32,000 nt of DNA from Hyperthermus butylicus DSM 5456. Its GTDB lineage: Archaea > Thermoproteota > Thermoprotei_A > Sulfolobales > Pyrodictiaceae. The stretch covers positions 1,470,001 to 1,502,000 of the forward strand of contig NC_008818.1 in the NCBI RefSeq assembly GCF_000015145.1, given 5' to 3'. Below are positions 16,401-22,778 of the stretch, piece by piece. A program made the translations under genes and the position numbers. Below the pieces are notes generated by a model. That model was given only the letters and a program-made list of their open reading frames with translations, did not search any database and was not told where the DNA came from. Each line of letters starts with the position of its first letter. Within the stretch, counting starts at the first letter, position 1.

Positions 16401-17943
16401 CACAGTCTCGGCGAAGGCGAGGGGCTACCGTGCAGGCAGCCTGGAGGCATTCATCGAGAAGATGAGGGGGCTCCTCGACACGGCGAGCGAGGCGCTTAGG
16501 GCTGGAGAGAAGCTGATGGCGCTAAGGCTTCTACGGACGGTTATCGATGTAGCCGAGTACGTGGCAGAAGAGGTTGTCGGTAAGCACGTGAAGCCCGCTG
16601 CTGAAACCGCTAGGAGGCTACGTAACGAGCTGATAAGGGCCATAGAGGAGGCCCGGGAGCTGAGGGAGCGCAGCGAAAAGGCCCTCGCCAGACTGCTAGG
16701 TAGGAATGTTACACTTGAAATCGAGGAGCTCGCCAAGCTTGAAGAGGCACTAAAGATGTTCGAGGAGGTTGAAGGGCTCAGGCTTAGCGAGGAAGAGCTA
16801 GACACAAGGATTGCCGAGCTGTGGGAGGAGGCCAGGAGGCAGAGCCCACGAGACCCGGGTAGGAGGCTACCATTCTACGTGCAGGGCCTAGGGCCTGTAA
16901 TACACTTCAACTATAAGCTTTGGCTGCTCGCCGAGAAGCTCAGAGAGATAGGCATAGCAGAAATAGGTGATGACGGCGTTAGACTAGGCCCACTACCGTC
17001 CAGGGTCCTGCAGAGCCTCGAAGCACTCGTAGAGGAGGCTAGGAGGATTACCGAGGAGATGGCTGATGTTAGGAGGAGGGCTGAGAGACTGGCAGAGATG
17101 CTCAAGAGCCTGGGCGTCGAACCGCCAAGGCCCGAGGCCATAGTGTTGAGGGGGCTCGAGGCGCCCGAGAAGCTCACTGTAGATGATGCACTGCAACTGC
17201 TAAGAGCCGCGAGGGAGAGGGTAGAGGAGGCCAGGAGGCCCATAGTCGAGCTAGAGGAGAGGACTAGAAAGCTCCTCGAGCTAATGGAGCAGCTCGACAG
17301 CCTAACGAGAGAAGCAGGGACCTGGCTTGAAGGCCTACGTAAAGCCTCAGAAGACGCGAAATGGGCTGGCCACGGCCTGGCATCCAGGCTAGCAGAAACA
17401 GCTGAGGACCTAGAGCTCGCGCTAGGCCAGGCTGAGAGCCTGCGTGCAAAAGCACTGGAGGCTCTTTCCGTAAGCCCTAGCATAGGAGAAGCCGTTGAGG
17501 CGGCATTGAAGCTTGTGGAGAGCGCCGTGGTAATGCTGAGAGACAGTATCGACCGTGGCCGCCGCATCTACAGCGACGTTGAGAGGGAGGCTGAGAGGAT
17601 AAGACAGGCACTAGAAGCCGAGGCTGAGGCTCTCCGCGAAGCCCTAGCCAGGACCGGCGTCGCTGTACCAGAGAAGCCACGGGAGGCAGACACCTTCGAC
17701 GCGATAAGGAGGCTCTCAGCCTACATCGAGGAGCTGCAGAGCATCGCGCTAAACGCGGGAGCGCTCACAAGCCGGGAGCTAGACGCCTACAAGGCTATAG
17801 CACTTGAGAGGAGGAGGCGGGGCGAGCTACTACTAAGGGAGGCCGTGGAAATCGTAGCTGAAAGGCTATCACTCCCAAGAGAGGAGGCTAAGAAGATAAT
17901 CATAAGCCTCATCGAGAGAGAAATACTCGAACCCAAGCTCTAG
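13483..17943 (+). CDS. giant P-loop/AAA+-like NTPase with winged-helix-like segments and C-terminal coiled coil (uncharacterised)
   Basis: 1486-aa uninterrupted ORF. Walker A AEWGEGKTS (aa 74-82), Walker B LVVFIDELED (aa 171-180), then SLHLIVSLTPPAYSRL...RRVRTIWIQPLPRREAFAFLESL (ORC/Cdc6- or STAND-like lid). Putative wH segments include LSPAEKAVLTALEQAG...LLYRGLIEVVGGGKRI. About 400 C-terminal residues are E/R/A/L heptad-rich. Start is uncertain (GTG 13483, ATG 13501 or ATG 13516). Confidence 0.85.
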   Translation: MIPHTSMLGLHAMPVAARCGPAPRRLPSLTGTDAARLDEYLPPLPSRVRVYQQVQEALNEMERSSDPVIVMLVAEWGEGKTSIYNARIRPWLESRGWASLEARAATVMEHLRSLDGRPEKSPAYRLLAAILAAGLEQAGLLAKYGVPGAAGSLRSYVENVLRELTSGGGRLVVFIDELEDLVAGASEEQLADLVAGLVGILNGDVEIVSARCSGEGCMPGSLHLIVSLTPPAYSRLMGLRDFSTIASRLKRRVRTIWIQPLPRREAFAFLESLARYSLGAGLDSILESPSMANAVVSGTLGNMGALVSAFRYLVSWARGRGGCGDRVAVLGASELVEALQGLTLSVGGAELPALNPEAYTRLMDGWEARSKLAGFEPAAARRVLDELVVRGLVEAEELAQVTGLEDSVGDVIAELNIYGESGWPRRELGVTRMVHKVLAVAAVEDAFKLLRAVEPEAVKRLPQLAPRDDFRPLEALLDSLVYMDSNGRLVVAVPESREESVELVQDTAPLELSRSEAERLAGLLWDNVFSKLAATGGARAYLLSPRLQRVLYVSPELHYLDFISDRVERLHLLRRVYSEANRSHLVAGLAAVLAGTGLLNEPLTAAGEGLARGEVRLHGAHVRILVYAVPGQVTSSEAERLEKRLMGIVMSGWRPHAVLLAYHGPVEPRAEDQLEALERKLFIKIVRLPIASMVSKVQLLVLGAKLADAAGGLDGALREASTAARDMSRARELGFDPLRLQSLLRELAGELRPGERLEKALEEGIAGTPLIIFDPKLGYDVEKPTELSGALRYFLTVPATRAAAQEALRTAYEYVMRYHIHRWGGEAARGLLSPDIERGEVGTLEKYMLLLAANKMVEKNNGTVRIDVLSPAEKAVLTALEQAGARSEEGIPAGAAWSLLVVAARNPGTKRMLLQSLLYRGLIEVVGGGKRIDPDRARIRLVDSDEDIARLVERATALLDRLASDPEALAWGYTVSAKARGYRAGSLEAFIEKMRGLLDTASEALRAGEKLMALRLLRTVIDVAEYVAEEVVGKHVKPAAETARRLRNELIRAIEEARELRERSEKALARLLGRNVTLEIEELAKLEEALKMFEEVEGLRLSEEELDTRIAELWEEARRQSPRDPGRRLPFYVQGLGPVIHFNYKLWLLAEKLREIGIAEIGDDGVRLGPLPSRVLQSLEALVEEARRITEEMADVRRRAERLAEMLKSLGVEPPRPEAIVLRGLEAPEKLTVDDALQLLRAARERVEEARRPIVELEERTRKLLELMEQLDSLTREAGTWLEGLRKASEDAKWAGHGLASRLAETAEDLELALGQAESLRAKALEALSVSPSIGEAVEAALKLVESAVVMLRDSIDRGRRIYSDVEREAERIRQALEAEAEALREALARTGVAVPEKPREADTFDAIRRLSAYIEELQSIALNAGALTSRELDAYKAIALERRRRGELLLREAVEIVAERLSLPREEAKKIIISLIEREILEPKL

Positions 17944-17988
17944 TCATCGTGCTATAGCTGGCAGCGTATATGCAGGAGCTGGGCAAGG

Positions 17989-18588
17989 CTAGGAGGAGAC
18001 ACCAGCAGCTCTACACGCCTCACCTGCTTCTTTAGCAGCTATGCCCGCTATCCTACTAGCCTCCTCCCGGCCTAGCAGATCAAGTCTGGCCTGCCACTGT
18101 GTAGCATCAACAAGCCCACCCGTGAGACAGTTAACCCAAGCCACTATGAGCCTTGTTTCCCTGTCTCTAAGCGCTACTTCAATCATGTAGGGGCTTGCAA
18201 GCCATTCTAGGAGGCCCATCCCAATCCTCTGGAGCCGCCCCTGGGATGCAAAGTGCAGCCTTTGAGCCCATACATCTGCCTCATACCTGGACATGATGCC
18301 AGCATGCATAGCTATAGCCTTTGGAACATTATCCAGATACGCCTTAGCTACTTTATCGTTCCCGAGTTCCGCCAAGATCACTGCCTCGTAGCCTGGATCT
18401 AGGCTCAGCGCTAGAGCGTTTGAGCCGTCAATAGGGTTCTCTAGTACGCGGACCGTGAAAACACCACTTCCAAGCCTCGTCGATACGTAGAGTTTGTTTT
18501 TGCCGAGGGGCCTGGAGTAGACTGGGAATCCCAGCCGGACCGCCTCAACCACTATCCTGTGAGCTAGCATGGATAGGCTCTCCTGCAT
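17989..18588 (-). CDS. hypothetical protein (downstream partner of the disrupted acylphosphatase gene)
   Basis: 199-aa ORF with native codon usage. ATG 18588 lies 4 nt after the acylphosphatase stop. No family recognised. Confidence 0.6.
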   Translation of the reverse strand: MQESLSMLAHRIVVEAVRLGFPVYSRPLGKNKLYVSTRLGSGVFTVRVLENPIDGSNALALSLDPGYEAVILAELGNDKVAKAYLDNVPKAIAMHAGIMSRYEADVWAQRLHFASQGRLQRIGMGLLEWLASPYMIEVALRDRETRLIVAWVNCLTGGLVDATQWQARLDLLGREEASRIAGIAAKEAGEACRAAGVSS

Positions 18589-18592
18589 GGTT

Positions 18593-18840
18593 CTAGCCCT
18601 CGCGCTTGCCTAGCGGCTTGGGAGTATATGGTTCTAGGTCGTAGCGTATTATGAAGTCGTCCATGTCGCCTCGCGGCTCCTCCCATACAACCTCAACCCT
18701 GTCAACGCGAGCCAGCGGCGGGCCGTGATGGGCCCACACGATAACCTTTTCTACGGCTTCACGTGGACCCTCGACTACCGCTTCGACACTACCGTCAGGC
18801 ATGTTTCTAACCCACCCCACAACACTGTGCCGCCTAGCTA
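18593..18840 (-). pseudogene. acyP: acylphosphatase, 3' (C-terminal) half
   Basis: Encodes (A)RRHSVVGWVRNMPDGSVEAVVEGPREAVEKVIVWAHHGPPLARVDRVEVVWEEPRGDMDDFIIRYD..., the GWVRNxxDGSVE and GPPxA acylphosphatase signatures. The N-terminal VxGxVQGVxFR motif is missing. Upstream of 18840 the track ORF (to 19054) translates antisense GT2 sequence. Confidence 0.85.
18832..18840. repeat. left copy of junction direct repeat (GCCTAGCTA)
   Basis: Matches 8 of 9 positions of GCCTTGCTA at 27806-27814. Both copies lie exactly where acylphosphatase homology breaks off. Confidence 0.6.
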
Positions 18841-19569
18841 TTCTGGGCCACCTTTCCGCAGCCTCCCTAGCTAAAAAGTACGCCGACAAGTACGATTTCA
18901 TCGACCTCCTGCAGCTTAAAGCTAACAGGTTATATGATCCATCTCTAGGTGTGGTTAGGACTGTCAGGGCTGGACTCTTATATCTATCTCGGCGCTTAAA
19001 CTTCGAATGGGACGTATTCATCCAAGTTGATGCTGACACAATACTGTTAAACAACTATATCTATATTGTTATTATATATGACTAAGCATGGTAGTGTAGG
19101 TGTAGCCGGCGGTGTAGTCTTGAACGAACCCCAGGCCCGATTCCACGTGCCGAATACTGGTATGGCTGTGAGGAGAGAGGTGTGGAACGACTGCGGAGGC
19201 TACAGGCCTGTGCCAGCTCCTGACACTGCATACAACTCTGCGCTTTGGCGAGAGGGTGGAGATTGGGTATTGCAAAGAATGCGAAGATGATACTGCTGAG
19301 GCCGACACACATCAACCCCTATAAATCGGGGTTTGTTTATGGACGGAGCTACGGGAGGATTACTTCTCTACTCAATACTAAAGAGTGCAAGGAGATCCCT
19401 AACGACTAGGAAACCCGACGTCAAGTGGATAGTTTCATACATGTCGGGCTTCGTTTCTGGGAGACTAAACAGGAAATCATCCCCCTTCCTCGCAGAGCTT
19501 GAAAGGCAGAGAAGGCTCATCGAGAAATATAGATTGAAAGCCCTTCTTAAAGGAAAATACCTCTACTAA
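18841..19569 (+). pseudogene. family 2 glycosyltransferase remnant (N-terminally truncated, several frameshifts)
   Basis: GT2-like pieces lie in at least three frames: ...SLAKKYADKYDFIDLL...NFEWDVFIQVDADTILLNNYI (DxD motif); HGSVGVAGGVVLNEP...NTGMAVRREVWNDCGGY...PDTAYNSALWREGG; GWRLGIAKNAKMILLRPTHINPYKSGFVYGRSYGR; and the tail ORF 19333..19569. Homology starts abruptly at the insertion boundary. Confidence 0.7.
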
Positions 19570-19605
19570 CCGCTACCTGGTAAGATCGAGAAACTGGGAA
19601 TGGAA

Positions 19606-20085
19606 TTAAATAGATAAGCGGGCCGAGCGTGCCGCGCTGGCTAGAGGCCGAATAGTCCTCCAAGACCCTCGCTGAGGTCTACTTCTCTCTTCCTCCTTCT
19701 CCTCTTCTCCTTCTTTTTTCTTTTCCTCCTCCTTGGCTGGCGCTGGCGCGGCTACTGCCTCCAGGCCCAATTCTTTGGCTTTGTCTCCTAGGGCTGCTAT
19801 GACTGCTAGTTCCTCCTGTACTGCCCACGCGATTATGTCCTCCTCTAGGCCTGGGAGTAGGATGCCCGCCTCTCCAGCTACTGCCTTAGCCTCTAGGAAC
19901 GCCTTTGCCAGGGCTGCTTCGACGGCTCCGGGTACTGCAGGGTAGACTATCTCGACCGCTAGGCCTATGGCCTCCTTAGCGGCGTTTATGAAGTCATTCT
20001 TCACCTCCTTCAGGTCGAAGAGTAGCTGGTCCCTCGGGATTATCACTCCATCGTCGTACATTGCGAGTATCTTGAGGCTTATCTC
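19606..20085 (-). pseudogene. ribosomal stalk protein P0 (uL10) C-terminal fragment
   Basis: (A)LEISLKILAMYDDGVIIPRDQLLFDLKEVKNDFINAAKEAIGLAVEIVYP...AAPAPAKEEEKKKEGEEEKEEE matches the C-terminal half of archaeal P0. The universal stalk tail EVDLSEGLGGLFGL* (stop at 19641) is present but one frame off. The N-terminal ~200 aa are absent, with an in-frame TGA just upstream at ~20087. GC-ending codons are unlike the neighbouring AT-rich genes. Confidence 0.75.
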
Positions 20086-20095
20086 TAAAGCTCAT

Positions 20096-20775
20096 TTAGG
20101 CGAATCCTATGGGAAGGATGAATCGTATCCTCCTATAACCCGCCCTGATGTAGGCCTTGGTTACATCAATTGCCTTCTCTACACTACGGTACTGTACTTT
20201 CGCTTTGAATAGCCATGGGACTTGGCAGAACTTGCACCTGGATTTACATCCCCTCATTAGCTCTATTGGTGGGTATAATTTGAACTCCTCAACATATGGA
20301 TCATAGTCGTCGAGATCGATCATCTCGATCCTAGTAACGTTAAATACCCCATTCTCGTCCATGTAGGCTATGTTTGGAACATTGCCTGGATTCTCCCTCC
20401 TCATTATACTCTCAATTAGACCAGTTATTGCGTTCTCCCTGTCTCCAATTACGGCGGCCCACGCGCCATCCCTGAGGAGATGCCAGTACGCTCCCTCCGC
20501 ATGTGGACCGCTAACTATTACGAGATATTTTCTAGCTACCTCTCTAATTTCTGAGCGGAGTTCTAGGTATAGGGGGAAGGATACTCCATAAAGGATGACG
20601 GGCTGGTATCCCTTAGACTTCCATTCATTGGCTTCTTCTAACGGGTTTCTTCTACCATGGTGATTGGTATGTTTTTACCGTACTCCTTGATTAGTGACGC
20701 TATTATTGGACCGAATGCGTTTTTCGCACCGTATGCTATTCTCGCGATTACAGCTATCTTCAACCCTAACACCAT
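20096..20775 (-). pseudogene. radical SAM protein remnant (frameshifted, C-terminally truncated)
   Basis: CxxxCxxC cluster motif IELMRGCKSRCKFCQVPW. The upstream Rossmann/B12-binding-like part (MVLGLKIAVIARIAYG...ITMVEET | LEEANEWKSKGYQPVILYGVSFPLYLELRSEIREVARKYLVIVSGPHAEG) needs a frame change near 20640. The ORF ends ~45 aa after the Cys motif, directly abutting the P0 fragment, so most of the radical-SAM barrel is missing. Confidence 0.7.
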
Positions 20776-21417
20776 CGTTGGCTTAAACCATGATTGTTGT
20801 GCCAGGCATATCTTGCATGATCTATCAATATATACCTCATTTAGTATCTGGCTTAATTCTTCGCTCATACAGTGGGATACACATAAAGGTCCCTCAACTA
20901 TCGAGACCAGTTTTCGTATGTTTTCCGGTGTTATACCGCCGATCCCTCCGACTATCATATATGGTTTTTACTTAGTATTGTGGCTGCTTTTTCTACAATA
21001 TTTATTGTGCCTGGATGACCGCAACCTATGATCAGTATTGGTCCCTTGTTTGATTCAAGTATAAGGCTTAATTCGTAGATGTCTTCTTTTGGATCGTAGA
21101 GTGGTGGCATTAGTACTATGTCGTCAATTCTCATGACCTCATTTATAACTATTACTTTGAAATTGAAACCTAGCCTCTCTAGTTTGTTTGTCGGTCCTGG
21201 AGGCGCGTAGATTGTTATGTTCTTGTTGCATTTTTGTTAGTGCGGAGAATCCAGCGTAGTGGTCTCTGTGCCAGTGACTTAGAACTGCGTAGTCTAGTTT
21301 AGATAGGTCTAATCCCAGTATACTGGCGTTGTATTCTAGGGAGTAGTATTTTGATCCTGCATCGAAAAGTACTTTCTTTCTTGCTTCTATGTAGATGCTT
21401 AGTCCTTTTCCCCTCAT
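20776..21417 (-). pseudogene. MBL-fold metallo-hydrolase remnant (at least 3 frameshifts)
   Basis: HxHxDH motif LSHWHRDHYAG in ORF 21139..21417. The continuation lies in other frames: NKNITIYAPPGPTNKLERLGFNFKVIVINEV...LILESNK | GPILIIGCGHPGTINIVEKAATIL | MIVGGIGGITPENI...VSHCMSEEL. Frame changes occur near 21225 (A5 run), ~21045 (aaaggg) and ~20958. Confidence 0.6.
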
Positions 21418-21510
21418 TATTCTTCCTGTTTTAGTGGTTTCATTTAATATATGTAGTATCGCTATTGTTCTTCACACTAAGTGCTGTCAGGACTCTTGTA
21501 GGAGGTTATG

Positions 21511-21539
21511 AGTGAGATATATATAAAGTGAGATATATA
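21511..21539. repeat. 13-bp direct repeat AGTGAGATATATA x2 (period 16)
   Basis: Copies at 21511-21523 and 21527-21539, in the spacer between the oxidase operon end and the MBL remnant start. AT-rich and TATA-like on the minus strand. Confidence 0.9.
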
Positions 21540-21545
21540 AAAAAA
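21539..21545 (-). terminator. T7 run downstream of the bd oxidase operon
   Basis: A7 on the plus strand equals TTTTTTT on the minus strand, ~20 nt after the subunit II stop (21566). This is the archaeal oligo-T terminator type. Confidence 0.4.
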
Positions 21546-21565
21546 TGGGGGTCGGGTTTATAGCG

Positions 21566-22777
21566 TTATTTTTCTCTTTTTACTAGTATTACGTAGAGGA
21601 AGTAGAATGTTGATGCTATTAGGAAGGCCATGAATAGGCCTGTTATGACTTGCACACTTTGTACTGTAGCTAGGGTGTTATATGTTTCGAGGTTTAGTAT
21701 GTTGGCCAGCCTCGATATCTGTTCTGGTGGTATTTGGGCCAGTATGTTTTGGCATGACGCTGGGCTTCCTAGGCATGCGATGAAGTAGGGGTATTGGCTG
21801 AAGGCGTTGAGTAGTTCTCCTAATGCTACTGTGAATAGTGCTATCAGTCCGCCTAGTAGTAGTGGTGTAGCCTTTGATTGTGGTATGATTCCTGCCCTAA
21901 GGTGCTTGTACGCTGTTGCGATGATGTAGATTTGTGCTAGGAAAAATATCATCTTTAATACGAATAGCCAGCTGACGTCAAAACCTATAGTCCCGTCTCC
22001 TGCTTTCCAGCCTAATCTAGCGAACACATTGTTGAACTTGTATGGAATGTTCCTTAGACTTACTGCGTACCAGAGGCCCATCACAATCATTAAGACCAGG
22101 CCTATTGCAATGATTGGCGTTAACTCCTTCACTACCTGGCTTACGGCCCTCTTGTATCCCTCATCTGTTGCCTTCACATATGAGTATGCTAGTCCTCCAA
22201 CTATTGCGAATGCTCCAGCCGTTACTGCTGCTATCAGTGATTTGAGGTATAGTGGCCAGTATGTTGGGTTACCTGTTAGAGCTTTTGCAACGTTGAGTGA
22301 TAGTTTGCCCCCTGATAGTTCAAGACCTACTGGAATGTTTAGGAATGCAAATACTGCTCTGAAGGCGAATGGTATTAGTAGTGCTGATAGAGCGAGTAGC
22401 GCGCCGAAAAAGTAGTGCACTCTTCTACTCCACCTGTCCCAGCCATAGTAGAATCCTGTTATAGAGAAGAAGTGGACTACGATCATGAGTATTGCTAGGC
22501 CGAATGGTATTAGTGTAAGGTGTCCTGCTAGTCCTAGGAAGTCTGGATAGAAGCTTAGTAGGAAGACTGTGAATGCTGTTGCGTATACACCGGCTACCCC
22601 ATAGGTTGCGGCGTAGAATTTCATTAGCTTATGGGCTACTTTATCCAGGTCCTCGTCGCCACTATTGTCTGCTTTCCTCTTTAGGTATGGCACATAAAGT
22701 GCTAGGAATATGCCTAGATTAACCATTACTATGTGGAACGCGAATACTAATGCTAGCCAGAATATGCTCCATAACAT
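21566..22777 (-). CDS. cytochrome bd-type oxidase second subunit (CydA-like, CydA'-type rather than canonical CydB)
   Basis: 403-aa polytopic membrane protein. Its ATG lies 1 nt after the cydA stop and is preceded by GGAGGTGA. The segment FSITGFYYGWDRWSRRVHYFFGALLALSAL parallels the CydA segment FIYLTYYGWKKFGKSAMVVLLFLSFIGPW in the upstream gene. No frameshift despite the AT-rich sequence. Confidence 0.75.
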   Translation of the reverse strand: MLWSIFWLALVFAFHIVMVNLGIFLALYVPYLKRKADNSGDEDLDKVAHKLMKFYAATYGVAGVYATAFTVFLLSFYPDFLGLAGHLTLIPFGLAILMIVVHFFSITGFYYGWDRWSRRVHYFFGALLALSALLIPFAFRAVFAFLNIPVGLELSGGKLSLNVAKALTGNPTYWPLYLKSLIAAVTAGAFAIVGGLAYSYVKATDEGYKRAVSQVVKELTPIIAIGLVLMIVMGLWYAVSLRNIPYKFNNVFARLGWKAGDGTIGFDVSWLFVLKMIFFLAQIYIIATAYKHLRAGIIPQSKATPLLLGGLIALFTVALGELLNAFSQYPYFIACLGSPASCQNILAQIPPEQISRLANILNLETYNTLATVQSVQVITGLFMAFLIASTFYFLYVILVKREK

Positions 22778-22778
22778 G

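Noticed and set aside
13947-17680. Many Ser/Leu/Ala/Arg-rich antisense or out-of-frame ORFs inside the giant NTPase gene (e.g. 16425..16805, 16911..17567, 15915..16211)
   Set aside because: They are mirror images of GAG/GCT/CTC-rich coiled-coil coding sequence. They are low complexity and fully nested in a 4.4-kb ORF with coherent motifs.
19287-19300. C/D-box sRNA-like motifs (e.g. GATGATA...CTGA at ~19287, ATGATGG upstream of the tRNA at ~29072)
   Set aside because: None matches RUGAUGA plus a correctly spaced CUGA with C'/D' boxes. All lie inside coding remnants or the tRNA leader.
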